Positions 27,603 through 42,120 are shown, counted from the first letter of the stretch. The stretch: DNA of 64,000 bases from Bilabrum cf. latius (GCA_965178125.1 OZ237762.1:620001-684000), one strand, 5' to 3'. Notes: generated by a model from the letters alone, not told the origin. Translations and numbers: made by a program.

Positions 27603-29240
27603 ATGAAGTGGCCAAGAGTGCTGTAGCTGAGTCTATTGACTGTGTTCATCGGCATTGGGGCCGCAGTGCTGAGGTCCTAGGTACCTTCTAAACGAGGCGT
27701 ACCGAGCGTATCGAACACGAAGAGGGGCTCAAAGTCGCCAATACGAGGACGTGAAACAGAGGGCACGGAGGCTGAAAGGGTGTCACGCGTGGGTTTAGAG
27801 TCAATTGAGTCTGTGTGTTCTGCTGCCGACACAGCCAAGGTCTCCCCTAAGATTGACGGGATTCCGTCCTCCCCGTATCAGCCTTTCTCGGCAAGTAGAT
27901 CAAGAGAAGTAACATAGTCAACGGGTGGTTGCTCTTGGCAGCGACGAACAGTTGCAAGGGTGCCTTTCCAGATGTGTGTGCTCGACGCTGGCAGCGATGC
28001 CCATATCAGCAGATAGATTCTGCAGGATGGCATGTGGTCAGACGATCGACGCAAGATCATGGAGGCAATGCTTCCCATTCCAAAGAGCGTGCTGGCCTGG
28101 GCGGCGCCTGGTGGGCTAGGGGATCTGTCCCAAGGCTCGGCTCGCTCCATCCTGGCGGCACCCGCGCCTCCTGCCGGCACCATGCGCCGCGTGGTGATCG
28201 ACATTGGGTCATCTTCCGGTATATTTACAGCACTAGCCATTGCTCGGGGCTACGATGTCATATCTGTTGAGCCACTCGCGGATTAGGCGGCCAGGGCCGC
28301 GATCTCGGCTGAGGCGTCCGGTGCTCGCATCTCGGGGACCCTCCAAGAGGCACAGTCGAGAGCGAAAGAGAGGCAAGATATGGCCATCGGAGACATTCTA
28401 ACTGCCATCAATGCCCACGGTGCCAAGCCCCATCCGGTAGATGCCGCTATTGCTCAGTAGTTGAGGCCTACAAGCAGCAGCTAGGCGGCAGGCCAGTTCA
28501 GCAGCTGGCTTACCGCGGGCAGCGACGTGGATGAAGGCCCTGGCACGTCGTAGGGAGATAAACCGACAGGTCCTGCCCCGCCTACGATCGCGCAGCATCT
28601 CACTGGCCCCGCGCGGCCTGTGGCGACCGTATTGCGAGCAGCTGCTTCCGACGGCGGCCGCGCCGGCAGCTCCTCGCCTCCCATGGCCCCATCGGTGCCT
28701 CCAGGGAACAAGGAGCAAGGAAGACAGGAAGCAGTTGTGGTGATGCGGCCGAAAGGCAATCCAGGTGCCTCCTACATCGCTCCGTTGGCCGCAGCCTCCG
28801 TGCAAGCGTTCGCGTAGGGACTGTCGGGCAAAGGTGCATCTTCGCCTGGAGGTGAAATACTCGGGGCATCCGGTGAATTGGAGTCGCTGGCTCCCGTGGT
28901 GAGCGTGGATGGCATGGTGGAAGCAGGCCTCGTGGCCCCATGGGAAGTTGCCTTGCTGAAGATCGACGCGGAGGGAAGCGACCTGCGTGTGCTTGAAGGG
29001 GCCAGGGGGCTCATAGCTGGCGGCAGGCCGCCGTTCATTATGGTGGTGATCAATGACGTGCAGGCGCAGCAGCACGGTTGCGGGGCGAGTGCCATGGTGC
29101 TAGAGGTGGTCAAACTGGGGTACGGTGTCCTCGATTTCGGAGTACTTCGGTCCGAGCCAGAGGCCGTGGAGGCCTACCTGAGCAAGATTCAGGGTAGGTC
29201 GGTCCGTGTTGTACTCGTGAGGAACGGAATTCGGATATGA
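27603..29240 (+). CDS. FkbM-family SAM methyltransferase with an N-terminal membrane anchor
   Basis: Single frame with TAG readthrough. Motifs VVIDIGSSSGIF, VISVEP and LLKIDAEGSDLRVLEGA. Confidence 0.8.
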
Positions 29241-29423
29241 GGGTGGCGTGAGAATGGAGACTGACATGTGGTTTTATAATATCCGCCAACATGTGACGCT
29301 CGCGTCATGTTTGTTCCGCCGCGGCACATGCCAAGTTGCTTTGCAACTCATCAGGATCTGCAAATATTGATCTTCCGTGACTTCCTTCATCGACTCACGT
29401 ACGGTACAATCAATACTTTATTC

Positions 29424-32400
29424 TCAATTCTACATGGCTGCGTCTGCCTCTGCCCTCAATGCCCGGATGGCCGCGACAGAGACAGCGCCTGGCAGCCGGC
29501 CCGACGATGCTGCTCCACCTGTAGCCGCGCTGCCTCCCCCACTCATCGTTGCTTCTGCTGCTCTTCTCGCGGCACACCGCTGCGCCCTCTGTGCCTGAGC
29601 CTGCACGCTCGCGCCCAGAAGGCCTGACCCCTTGGAGCGCCACTTGACCCGGAGCTGCTGCCGCCTATGCCGAATCTCTTCCGAGATGCCATCCTCCACG
29701 TCATCGCCGTACTCTTCCTCCGAGTCATAGTGCAGCATCACCTGCCGCGGCACGGCCGTGCCCTGATCAGCTGCTCCAGCCGGTCCGCTGCCTTGACGGC
29801 CTTCGAGTCCAACAAGGCTACCGGGAACTCCTTGCTCAGCTTCCTGCGAGGACCTATCCTGTCGAGTACCACTCCCACCACCATAAACATGCGTGATACT
29901 GGCCCTCGGGCCGATGAGTCCTCCGTCTGGGCCACCGTGCCTGGCAATGTCACCCCGAATGCGAGCGAATGCAAGCGATGCTTCGAGCGACGCCACGGAC
30001 GCGGGCATGATCTCATGCACGTCGAAATTGATGACACTCCGCTCCTCACCATGACCAGAGCCCGGGGTAGCATCGCTCTGCCCAACTGGCAAGTCATGCT
30101 TCTGGTACCTGGTCGCCTGGCGTGCAGCAGCCGAGGGCCCATGCACCAGCATCGCTACCTCATCTGGCCTGCCTTTGGCTCCTGACACCGCCTGCTGGAC
30201 CGCGGCGCGAGCCCACAGGAACTCGACTGGCTTCAGCGTGGTTGTTTTATCGCTAGATTCGTCTTGCCTAAGTGCAGCCGCGCTTTGCTGCATTGTTGCG
30301 GAGACTGTTGTCTCTGCCGCCTGCGAGCCCTTCCCCTCTACAAGTACGTCCGCTCCATCGTCAACGCTGCCGGTGCTCTGCCCATTCGATTTGCCGCGAT
30401 CATCACCAGCAGCACTGTTCCTGCCGCACTCAAGCATGCGCACTGAAGCTGCATCAAGCAAAGCTCCTGCCAGCTCCTGCAGTGGCGAGCTTGGCCGGTT
30501 TGTGGATCGTGCGAGAGGAGATGAGGGCCTGCTGTTCGCCCTCATGATCCCCCGTTCTGACGCCTTCGAGCTGCGGTGGAAGCTCTGCCTTGAGGCTGGG
30601 CGGCTGGTGGGCGAGTGATTTCCGTAGTCCACAAGGGAGAGCCTCCGGTGCCGCGCTTCTGCCCGCGCCACTGCGATGTCGACTGCCATGCTGGACAGAG
30701 GAGTCTGAGGCGCGGTCCGCTGGTGCGTTGCCCTGCTCTCCAGCAGCTCGCGCTCATCGCGCTCCGCCCGCACGTCTTGTTTGGCCATGTGCAGGGCTCC
30801 CTATAGAGCGACGATAGTTTCTTGGAGCCTGTGGACCTGGGCGTCCTTCCGCTTGAGCTCTTCATGCATGGTGGCTTTGTGCCTCGCTCTTAGGTTGAGA
30901 CCCGTGGAGCCGGTGGCCACGACATCCTCCGCAACCCGACGAGTGGGCGACTACTTGGTCTCACTCATGAGCTGGTGCTTTGACTCTGCTCCTAGATTGC
31001 GCAACGCCCTGGCTTCAATGTCCTCCTGCAAGCTGTCTCGGACTGGGTTCACGCTGGCAGCAGGTCTGTTCTTGTCTTGATCCTGTTCATCGTCGGCATC
31101 AGCTTCTGTTGCTTCGGCTTTAGAGCTATGGCCGACAACGTCAATACTTGCTGAATCCAATGTTAATGCTTTATCGTCTTCCACGTATCCCCGAAGATTT
31201 GCAGGCTTCACGTCGGGAGGCATGTCAAGCTCTTCCCCCATCTCGTCCACCATGCGCCTGGCTCGCTCGTTGAAGGCTTCCCACAGGTACGGCTCGAACA
31301 GGCGGTACGCGATGAACCATATCGTGCCATTTGTGAAAAGGAGTCGGATGAGCGCCTCGGTCTCCAGTCCTCCGCTCCACGCACCAGACATGCGCAAGAA
31401 TGCAAGGAACGTGCAAATGGCTGCCGCCACGAGCAAGCCGATCGTCACCTAGTACGTCCTCATTATAACTCGTTTTGGCGATGGAGCCCAAAGGATAGAA
31501 CGCGCAGCTACATGCAGCACTATCAGCCCGGCCGCGTCTATGCACAGCAGGATCCACCACACGAGGCCAGACCCGGGGTGCACCCACGCACACTCAGCGC
31601 GGTACTGATCGACTCGTGCACCGCCCGACTGTATCACCAGTGCCAGTGTTTGGATGCCTAGGGCGGAGCAGACGAATAAAACCACGTACTTAACCGAAGG
31701 AAAAGCAGCCTGGTATCGCGTTGGTGCGTCCGTCACGTTTCTGTGATGTGACACAACTGCCAGCATCGGTGCCAGAACGCATCCCGCGGCCAATCCTCGG
31801 AGCCACTGCCGTGCAGTGCATTTCCATGGCGCTGGAACACCGACAAAAAGAGACGGATATATGGCGAGCAACCAGAGGCCCACTAGCACGGGAGACCACA
31901 CCTGCCACGGCATGGTTCGCATTGCGTCCGTATCACGCACGACCCACAACGCCCAACCCAGCACCACGATGGCAATACACTGACCAGCTGTCACAAGCTG
32001 TGTCAAAACCGACCATTCGTTGCTGCCGTAGAGAGCTCTACTGAGTGGATACGGGAGCACTACCTCCAGCGGTCGCTGCAAATTACTGTTCCAGCCGCTT
32101 CTCGTGACACCAACGGGATACAGCTGAGCGGAGAACCTGGTCCTGCCGAGATCGTTGGTCCTCCGCTCACCATTCCGATGAATCTTTCCGGGTGGAGCAC
32201 GCCCGTCCAAGAATCCACGGGTGGATTTCGAGTCGGTCGCGAAGGCCTGCAGGAGCACGTGCTCAGCGGCGTCGTTCTGTCCGTTGGCGCCCAGCATCAC
32301 GTCACCTGCTATGGTGCGGATGGGGCGAGCACCCCCCGTCTGGTACGTAGAGGAGGAAGCCACGCCTGCGATTGACGCATCTCCGGCGCTTGTTGGACCT

Positions 32401-34226
32401 CCGGGGTAGCTGCGGGGGCGGAATTCGTCGAGGATCCGCATGACCGGCAGATCGACACGCACGGTGCGTGGCTCGTTGATGGCGCGCGAAGCTGCGCCTG
32501 GCTCGAACGCCGCAGCTGCGTCGGCTGGCATACCGCACAGGAATGATGCGAGCTCCAACTGGTGCCGCTTCAGGCCTTCCGCTGCAGTTCCCCTCGTTTG
32601 GAACACAACGGATGCGTTGAGTGCCTGGGGTCGCGTGGGCGCGCCGGGTCCCCAGGCCACTGTATACGTCGCATCGCACAGAGCCTCCTGTCCCAGTTGC
32701 CTGGGTACAGATGCACTTGTTGTTGATATGGAGGGGCAGTCCCACGCATCCACCCCCCGTGGATTGTTGGCAAGCCATGCGATGTCCGGAGAGAGGTCAG
32801 CTGTCCTGCACCTGCCAACGGCTCGCTGCCACGACTGCACGAGAGCTGATACGGCCGCGCCACCCTGCACAACCAGCTCGTCTTCAGTTGGACCAAACGA
32901 ACCAAAAGTCTCGGCTGCTGCAATCCTTTCGGCAGCTGTAAATCCTCTTTGACTTGCAGCCGTTGCGTTGGATGCTCGCTTCATCAGTACCTCTGCTATG
33001 ATCGGGTCGTCGGGCGCTTCCCCCGCCTAAATCTGCTCCAAGGTGCTCTGGACAACTTCTCTGGCTCTACGCAAGAAGTCCTACGTCGAGCCTAACAATG
33101 GATCACCGTCCATGGCGGCAACCGGGTGCCAGCTCGCCGATGTCAGGAGCAGCTGCGCGAGGTCTGGTCGCAACCGATCTAGGAAGCCTCGTGCAAGCGG
33201 GGCTGGATGGGCAAAGAATCCCTCCAGGGGATACCCGGCGGCTGCCAGCTCGCTAGACAGATACTCCACGTCGTCCTGAAACCCGCACTAGATAACGTGC
33301 TTAATCTGGTTTTCTTGGATCTCCGCCAGGGCAAGCCGGATGCGCTGGCGGTCCGTCTGAAAGTAGGATAGGGGGAGAATCGTGTCGTTTTCTGTCGCTA
33401 ACCGCAATTTTTCAGCGTTGTATGCTTCATCTGGCATGGCTGGTGTGCCCGGTGCCTAGTCGCTCTGCCAGCCCGAGGCCCAGCCCCAGTCCTGGGTAGA
33501 ATCGCGCGAGGACACGTATTCAGCGTACGCCGCGACGTGTAATCCGATATGCTCAGCAAGGGACTTTGCACCTTCTGCGCACAACCTGCGTAGTGCATTG
33601 AGAACAGAATTTGAGCAGGAACGGCAGTGGTACCGCCAGTGGGAGGTTGTCTGCATGCTCCTAGGAGCGAATGCCTCTCACTTTGTTGCCGGGTCATTGC
33701 CGGCTCCGATTATTGCGACCTTCGTCGCGCCAGCTTTTGCAAACTCAAGCACTGCACCAGTCGCGATTCGAGCTGGGCGAGGTGCCAGGGCCACCAGCAT
33801 TGCGGCGTGGGCTGAGGACGACACATGCGCAGAAATGGCGGACACCTGCACATAAACACGCCCAAACAGTGAAGTCGTCTACATTCCAATATTAGCAAAC
33901 GATGGAGTTGCCCCAATCACTGCATGCAGCGGGTCTTGGCTTCTTGACAAGGAGTGCTCGACGAGGTGTTTATGTCGAGAAGCGATAGACATATCATCAT
34001 GCAGCTCGATTGATACCCTAAGAGGATTTGAGGGCAACAAGGAATCCTTGATAGCCCATGCGCCGCTGCGATCAGTGTTTGCCAACCTTGCAGCTACCTG
34101 CATGCCGAGCATAACCGCACTGTTCCGGTTCAGCCTGCCAGACAAGGAGCCCACGCAGCCAATTCGAAATTGCAGCTGGGCTTGCGCTATAGCTATAAAA
34201 TAAGCCGCAAGTGTGAAAATACGCAT
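29424..34226 (-). CDS. Class C GPCR-like receptor (signal peptide, periplasmic-binding-like ectodomain, 7TM, long tail)
   Basis: Six ORF pieces share one frame and are joined by TAG. N-terminus MRIFTLAAYFIAIAQAQLQFRIGCVGSLSG, a hydrophobic TM cluster at ~31300-31990 including CTARQWLRGLA, and a TGA stop at 29424. Confidence 0.7.
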
Positions 34227-35437
34227 TTCTACAAAGCGTGCTGCCCTCTTGTTGGATTGGGCGCTGCTGCCGTGCGCAGTGCTCAGTTCAACGGACGGTT
34301 CCGGTTTCACTGCCAGTGGCACGATCGGAATTCGAAAATTTCCAGTTGTTTGGTCTACTCCTTGCACTTCTCACGTGATTGCATTCCTAGAACCCGCCTC
34401 AGGCATAGGTACTACATAGTAGTATGCACGTTTGCGTCCGATTCTCTTGCATGCCCCTCCCTCGGCAAATGCCCCTACGTCCAGCAGGCAACCCCAGACT
34501 TAGCGAATCGTTTTGGTGGTTGTAGTTAGAACCATATGTATGTGGCCTAGGTTGCAGCTGGTACTACTCGCGATATTGGCCCGCGCCCCCCCCCGCGGGG
34601 CAATGGCAGCCGCTGTGCGGCACATCCGCAGCTATGTGAGTGCCCTAACTAGCACGGGATCAGTGACTGGATATTGGGGTAGCTGCGTCGTATGGAGCGC
34701 TAGTGGTAGGTTCCAGTAGAGGCGTTTGAAGGAGGCCAACACTCAGTTGGTTCGGCATTGCTCGCCTGTGATAGAATATCTGCTAGCTGGGGCGGGGGGG
34801 CAGCAGCCGTGCCGGTAGCTTGGAATACCCATGCTGGGTGCCAACCCTACCCGAAAACCCACCGTGCCACTACAAAAGTGTGACAAAGCGACAAAGTGCA
34901 CTTTTAACATAGCATGCAGCATTGCAGCAGCAGCATTCAAGCCAGCCACAGAACAGTGATTAGATGCAGTGCACGCAGGCACACATAAAACGGGCAATTT
35001 TCGATATAATAAGACATTCGAAAATTATCAATGATAGTCTGGATGATTCTGTTGGGGATAAATGGAGCGCTGGGGACCACTTCAATATCTGAGTCCATAC
35101 GCTTGGTTGTGCCACATGCGTTTCGATTTGAGGAGTATCAACAGCCTGGATCATTCAGCCTGCACCAGTACTGCAACAGTAAGAGGACAGCTCTGCGTTT
35201 AACGTTCTATCTTGTATTTTTCGATCCACCTCCACGACCGCTAGTATCCATACATTGTTTGCAGGTTCCTGGCAAAACATGCAAGACATTCGGTCGCTTG
35301 GTCTAGGTGGTCGCATCAAGTAGAACCGAATCCTGAACCACACGGCGAGATTTTTGCTACAGAATAGCTAGTGTGGTGCAAATATAGGCATTTCTCCGTG
35401 GAATGGCCCCACCCAGCTTGAAACGTAGCAAGAGTGG

Positions 35438-38400
35438 GTGCCGAAAGCGTTGCCGTCAAGCCCGCGTCGGAGCCCTCGCGACCGCGGCAGAACCGCAGAA
35501 TGGCGAGAAATAACAGGTTCACCTGTTAGCATGATCGATATTTCTGCCATGGCGACAGGCCAGCAACACCCGGTATCAGGGGAGTATTTGCAATCCTTCG
35601 AGGCAGGCCTGGCACCCCCACCTCGAGCAGCCGAGCCCTACACGATCGAGCATTGGGCCATTGTCCTGCAGCCTCGGTATCGTGGTGCGAATCTGCTAGG
35701 AAATAGATTGCAGCTCTGGGCACGGAGCAACAATGGCGTCAGGTACGGTAACGAGGCGAGTTTCTGGCAAGTCGCGGCGAGCGGCTTCGATTGGCTGGGC
35801 GCTACTGCCTCCCAGAGCCTGAATGTGATGATGCTGGGCGGGGCCGTCAGACAGCAGGTATGTGCTGGAATCACTCTGGTCGACTGCCCCCGCCGCACCT
35901 TCGACCCCGACTGCACCCCCATGGACGTGCCCATCCCCCTCAACGACACGTGCCGACAGACGGTGCTGTGGCCAAAGACGTGGGGAGAGCACCAACATAA
36001 TCGCGAGGAACCGGTTCAATCAGTATTTGGCAACTGCACTAGCTGTCCATCGATTACAGCTAAAGTACAGCCAGAAAGTGAATACGTCGTCCTGTCTCGA
36101 GGAGAGCCCGGTGCCGAACACGGGTGGGTTCACACCGTTGCCACGTGCTCTGAGAGATCCAACGAGGGGAATACTAGGCCTGGGATTGCAGCCCGGGCCA
36201 GGACAGCCGTGTGGACGCAGACCGTCACCACCGTATGGCCTCCCGGCACTGTGGCCGTACTGCCTGTCGGGCCCAACGCCACAGCCTCGGGCGATTTCAA
36301 AGACTACCCCTGGCGCGTGAATCGGGCGCACGTGGTGACGGTGGTGAGCAACGTGCCGAGTACCCGCGTGCCCGGCTCTTCAGATGGTATAGAATACTCA
36401 GCAACATCGTATAACAGTATGCGATGTGGTTCGGATCACCCCGATTACGATGAGCCAAACCGGGCGCAGCTCACGTTCCTGGACGACACATCGTGCATCG
36501 CCTCCAGGTCGTGCAGACCAGCCGTGGGGTCATCCACCAACGCCAGCAGCCCGCAGTACAGGCAGGCCGTGCATGACTACGTGGCATCCGACATCGCCCA
36601 TCTGTTTCCGACTGGCATGGTAGGGTGCGCGCTTGCATATGACATGGATCGCGAGTAGTACACGACGGACATCCTGCCGGTGGACATGCCTCTTGCCCAG
36701 AACGGGGCTGGGTTTGCATTCGGCGGATTCGGAGCGAACTACATTCAGGCTAATGAGTATGTTCCCGCGTTGAAGGGCCGATGGAACCAATCGGATGTTT
36801 TGCACAGCCACCGGCTTGCAGACTCGAACGCACCCAAGGTCAGCTCTGAGTCCATCGACGCCCCGGTGTTCCCGCCTGGTGCCATCCACGGCCCATACGC
36901 CCTCTACAGAGGACCCGTCCCACACCGCATGCTGCCCCCATCGCCCAATGCCACCCTGCCACCCATCAGCAGAGGGCGGTGGGCATGCGCCCGCACTGCC
37001 CCGCAAGGGTACTTCCAGGAGCGGCCGCACTGCCTGGCCGTGTGCGACGATCCCAGCCACATCGCGGTGGACGTGGGTCTTGAGCGGGATGCGAGGCTGG
37101 CAGCGGCTGGCATCGGGGCAGGGGCGGCGGGGGCAGCTCGAGATGGGTGGGCTCTGGTGGCGAGCCAGGCGCGTCACTGGTACTCGTACTGGCTTGGATA
37201 TCCTGGTCTGGTGCAGGACGAGAGGCTGTACGGGAACGATCGTCTGGCGCAGGTGCCAGCTCTGGGGTCGGTGCACCCAGTGGTGGATGGCTTGTCCGGT
37301 CCGATGTATGGCAACGTGAGCGTGGGCAATGGCTCCTTGTCGTTGCCATCTCCGTCGATGTCTTGCGAGGCAGATGACGACGACTTGTGGCATCGTTCGT
37401 GGTCTCGATCATCGCGTTGGGCGCAGCGTCTGCCAGAGAGTCGAGGGTATGTGTAGTTCGATTTGTCATTCGATGCGAGCACGTGGCCAGCGTCAATCCC
37501 GCTGCTTCGGGGTAGCGCTGAAGCACCGGGACTTGACTGGCCCACCCCATCAGATGACTAGCTCCGCTGGCTTGTCGGCGATGTTGCTATGGACTTAGAT
37601 GACCTGTCAGGATGCAGGCAGGGCAAAATATGTTTTTGGCATATTGAAATAGTCAGTATACATGCAGGCGATCCCTCTGGGTTGCGTCCGAACTGCAGCA
37701 ATCGTCTTGAAAAGAGGGGTTGGTGCCGGGAACTGCCGATGAGAATCAGGGTACGAGCCAGCCCAACCGTTGACCTGACGAGGCATTCGATAGGGTTAGA
37801 AATACAACGACTTAATACGATAGGAAGCATATTGCAGCGCGCGTGCTCCCGCCTGCACAATGGTGCAGCGTTCGGCCTGGCTGGCGTTTGGGTGATGGCA
37901 CTGGATCCCAGCACCGTTCATCTGGAGGTCTCACTGCCCCGGATTCGAATTTTTGCGAATCCACGCGAGACGTCAAGACTCAGTACCACACGATTGTGGT
38001 TTCATGTAGCCTGCAACCTCTGTGGCGTTGTGGTACTTGTTGTGGCTAGCATCTCGTCAATCGTTGCAGCCTGCTGTGCTTGCTACCCACGCCATGCCGG
38101 GAAGATTGGAAAGATCGCTGTGCTCATCATTGCTGTGTGTGCCCGTTTCTCGCTATGGCTTGTAGCTGCTGCTCTCATGCAGGCAGACTTGCATTGGCCG
38201 GGGATAGCGCTGCTCTTGTGCCTGTCAGGGGCAGTTGTTCTTCGTGCCGGGCAAGTGCTATCAACGAGTCTAGCCTGCCCTGTAGTCCACTACCGGGAAA
38301 ACCCGGATGATGAGCCAACTCAGTTCACGCATTGGATGGACTCTTTGTCGGAGATTGAATTACGAACGGTAGAGTCTCTGGAAAGCGAAGGCTCTGCGGC

Positions 38401-39436
38401 TTCGCCTGAAAGCAGCTGCGCCGTACAGCAGGTTGATGCTCTACCCGATGTGCAACCACGGCTGCAAAGCATCCTGACTGTCGTAAGTGAACAAACCAAG
38501 GAAACGTCTACCAGCGAGAGTTCGGGCACTTTAATGCATGGACCTAGAAAACAAGCAGCTGAACGTGATGCAGTTGCGTCTGAGAACGTGTAGCGTACGC
38601 CTCGCGCGAGTACATAGCGAATCACCCGCAGCTCTTGGCCCGGTGCTGGCGAGATGAATCCGCCTTATGTTGCCACGAATACAATGTGGAGCATACTCAC
38701 CGTGGCTGGTGTGCTGGGCTAGGAGTTATAGGCCCGTGTGCTTGCTGTGCACATCGCGATACATCAGGAATCGTCGAAGGTGGACCCACTTCGCAGGCAG
38801 TTGCTGCACACTCGGCCTGAGTTGAACTAGCTTGTACATGGAAGGCCTCGTGCGGTACGATAGCACGCTGCCGTACGCCTGTAGGATGCGAATAGCTTCA
38901 CTAACATCGGAGTTGCAACTGCACAGGGTGACAGCGCGACGTTGTCCCATCATGATGGTGTCTAGCAGTGCGCTCGTTCTGCAGAACCCCCTTCAAGTAG
39001 TAGCCGCGAGCTGCATGGAAGCAGGACACACCTGAATGAATTCGCCACTCAATAGAGGGTATCAGACCAATCTGTGATCCTCGCAGACAGGCACTCAGGA
39101 AGTTAGGCTAGTATCCGCCAAAGCGGCGAGATAGCAAAGGACCCCCGGAACAGTTGCCATCAGGACCAGCCAAGTGGCAACGACTGCAGAACTTCTGGAT
39201 GCGCTTCGATGGGTTGGTCCCACTGGATCGACACGATAATGTGCGGTGCTTGTATTCTCTGGGCTATCTTGTGCACTTTTGGAGCCTGCCCCACGGCTGC
39301 CTGCATGCGTGCGCAGGCTGCCCCTGACCTGGCCCAGATGCCTTGGGCCCTGCTGGTGTGGGACCGTGTGGCAGCGAGTGGGGTTTCCGTTGTACTTGGC
39401 CTGATTGGTTCACTATTTGTCACAATCGGTCCGTGA
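35438..39436 (+). CDS. Large multi-pass membrane protein of unknown function with a Cys-rich ectodomain (5' end uncertain, possibly ATG 34540)
   Basis: ORFs 35438-36658, 36680-37456, 37589-38593 and 39209-39436 are in one frame and joined by TAG. Several hydrophobic segments are present. Confidence 0.6.
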
Positions 39437-39694
39437 AATTCCGTTGAATTGTGTGGAAAGCAACTTTGTTGGTGAGGCCAGCAAGGTCTCTGAGATTGAG
39501 GTCGCTCGGTGGGCGCAGGACCCGCTCGAGGAGCAGGCTCAGATGCGACGTAGCGATGCGGAGGAGTGAGAGAGAGAGAGCGGCTAGGGAGGGAAGTACA
39601 GGGGTGGGGTGGGGTGGCGAATGGGGGGGGGGCTGGGGGGGGCGGGGTGGGCGAATGGAAGGGGTTGGGGAGGGTAGAGCAGAGGGAGGGGGGA

Positions 39695-40698
39695 GGGGGG
39701 GACAACAGGTGGTGGTAGGTACACCAAGCGTTTAGGACGAGGGCTACGCTACGCTCGCCCCTCCTTTAAAGGCATATTTAGCAACTCAAGTGTTTCCCCT
39801 ATAAACCTAAATGATTTCACAGGGGGTTCCCCAAGAACCCCTATAGAACCCCTCTATGTACCCATTTTCAGATATAAAATTTACTCCTACGAAGTAGGGG
39901 TAAATTGAAGAATTCTAATATTTAACCCCCTTATAAACTCTAACAGCAAAGACAGAGATGTTTTAGTAAAGTAGGAAAAAATGAAGAAATTAACCAAGTG
40001 TCCAAAATATCTCTGTGTTTGCTGTAGGAACGGAAGGATGAATTCCCAAGAGACCAAGAGACCAACCGAGGATTTCCCCAAGAGAACAAGGTATTTTATC
40101 AAGAGACCGAGGTATGTTCCCAAGCGACAAACCGATAAACCGACCGATGAACCGACCGATGAACCGACCAAGGATTTCCCAAGGATTTCCCAAGGATTTC
40201 CCAAGGATTTCCCAAGGATTTCCCAAGCGACTAAATTGTTCTCCGAAGCAACCAAACCGATTACCCAAGAGATGATACATTATAAGGAAAACGAAAACGT
40301 ATTTTAAGTCCCTTTGGAAAAGTCCCCCAAGATGCTCGGGCTTTGCCCTCCGCTCTTTTGATATCTTTTTCAAAGATTAAAATTGAGAGATTTTACAGGT
40401 CAATTTTAAGAGACTTAGAAAGAATAAATATATTTTCCAATTAAAATTAAATGTTGTAATTCCTATGATGCCACCATAAAAATTAAAAGGAAAACGAAAA
40501 CGTATTTTAAGTCCCTTTCGAAAAGTCCCCAAAAAACTTGTCAATTTTACAGGTCAATTATAAGAGACTTAGAAAAAATAAATTAAGTTCCCTATTAAAA
40601 TTAAATGTTGTAATTCCTATGATGCCACCATAAAAATTAAAAGGAAAATAAAAAACAAATTATAATTGTTTTCCAATTAAAAACACAAAAATTGATTG
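39695..40698 (+). repeat. Left terminal inverted repeat of the provirophage
   Basis: Begins GGGGGGGACAACAGGTGGTGGTAGG and is the reverse complement of 55960-57020. Contains 11-bp (CCAAGGATTTC)x5 and 12-bp (ACCGACCGATGA) tandem repeats. Confidence 0.95.
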
Positions 40699-40713
40699 CC
40701 TAAAGTGGAAATG

Positions 40714-40749
40714 TCGTACCTTAAGCATAACTTACGTAGTCTATAGTAC
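40714..40749 (+). promoter_or_regulatory. Conserved upstream motif TCGTACCTTAAG-N8/9-CGTA(G/T)TCTATA(G/A)TA (copies at 40714, 42132, 43846)
   Basis: Three near-identical copies lie immediately upstream of ORF 40760, the helicase and the pPolB. Confidence 0.75.
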
Positions 40750-40759
40750 AACCACATAA

Positions 40760-40999
40760 ATGGCAAAATCACAAAAGGAACTCGAGAATTACATCTTGGC
40801 GACCAAAGAATGTCTTAAATCAGTCCCGTTTATTACAACACGAGAAGCATACGATATGGCCAAAAAGTACCTTGAATTTACAAAGACTATTATTTGGATT
40901 AATTATGATGATGACGATGACCTGCTTGCTGACTTTGAGGAAGCTAAAGATTTAAGTCAAATTGTAGTTGAATGGCACGAAAGTACCAAAACCAAATGA
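40760..40999 (+). CDS. Virophage hypothetical protein (79 aa)
   Basis: Clean ORF preceded by the same TCGTACCTTAAG...TCTATAGTA motif as the helicase and polymerase genes. Confidence 0.7.
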   Translation: MAKSQKELENYILATKECLKSVPFITTREAYDMAKKYLEFTKTIIWINYDDDDDLLADFEEAKDLSQIVVEWHESTKTK

Positions 41000-41064
41000 T
41001 TTTTTCCCAAGAATTATTTTCCCTACTTTACAAAAGTAAGGAGAATGATACAACTATATAGCAA

Positions 41065-42120
41065 ATGAGTAGCGCCTTTGAAAGAATATTACAATCCCTA
41101 AACATTTATCCCAACAGTCGTATTGTAAATTTAATGAAACGACCAAAACGACCCAAAGGAGTAAATCGACCCCACGTAAATGTACCAGAACCTCACCAAG
41201 TGGTACAAATGGATTTATTATCATTACCCCACGACAATAATTATAAATACGCATTAACTGCTATTGATTTACATACAAAGTAGGCCGATGCTGAACCGCT
41301 CAAAACCAAGCGTTAGAACGAAGTATTAAAGGCATCAAAAAAGATTTTCAATCGTGGTAATGTCCAGAAACCGCAGCACCGTTTGGAAATAGATAATGGA
41401 AAAGAATTTAACGCTTTACAAAGATATTTAGAAGAGACCGATGTATTTGTACGAAGAAATAAAGCAGGTCGCCACCGACAACAGGCATTAGTGGAAAACC
41501 TAAATAAAACGTTGGGAAAAGCCATATTTACCCTATAGAACGTTAATGAGTTAAATACAGGTAATGAAAGCGTAGAATGGGTGGATATGCTTCCAAACAT
41601 CATTGAAAACTATAATGAATATCAACTAGAAAAGTATATAGAAGAACCACCTTTACCCCCAGAACACTTCGACTTTACGTAGTGTAAAGGAGACGCTTGT
41701 AATATATTGGAAGAGGGTACAAGAGTTCGTATACCATTAGAAGAACCCAGAAAGGCTACAAATTTACAGCAAAAATTATCCGGAAATTTCCGTGCTTCAG
41801 ATTTACGCTATAATCCAGAAATCAAAACGATAACTAAAGTATTATTAAGACCGAGACAACCACCCTTATATGTTGTGGATTAGGATGATTTAGTGGCTTA
41901 TCCAAAAGAGGAATTACAGATTATCGACTTTGATAATGAGGACAATAACCGAGATGCTCAGACAATCTTTCTCCCAAAAAAAATAAAATCCGAGAACGAA
42001 ACAGAATATCAAATAGAATGGAAAGATTTTCCAGAACCAGAACATTGGACGTGGGAACCAAAGAATAAAATCCAAGAAATTGCTCCTAATTTAATTTTGG
42101 AGTGGGATATAGAAAATTGA
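41065..42120 (+). CDS. Retroviral-type (rve) DDE integrase with a C-terminal chromodomain (351 aa)
   Basis: With TAG=Q: QMDLL...YALTAIDLHTK...EIDNGKEF...QQALVENLNKTL (D-D-E), and C-terminal YQIEWKDFPEPEHWTWEP. Confidence 0.92.

Noticed and set aside
39510-39540. SRP RNA helix-8-like CAGG...AGCAG in the target repeat
   Set aside because: It lacks the GNRA loop, and the motif is not conserved in the paralog (CGGG...TGCAG).
40130-40226. Tandem repeats in the TIRs as a CRISPR array
   Set aside because: They are head-to-tail 11- and 12-mers with no unique spacers, no cas genes, and a eukaryotic context.
39887-40373. ORFs inside the TIRs (mirrored at 56331-56827)
   Set aside because: They arise from stop-free tandem repeats, overlap on both strands, and change with repeat copy number between the arms.
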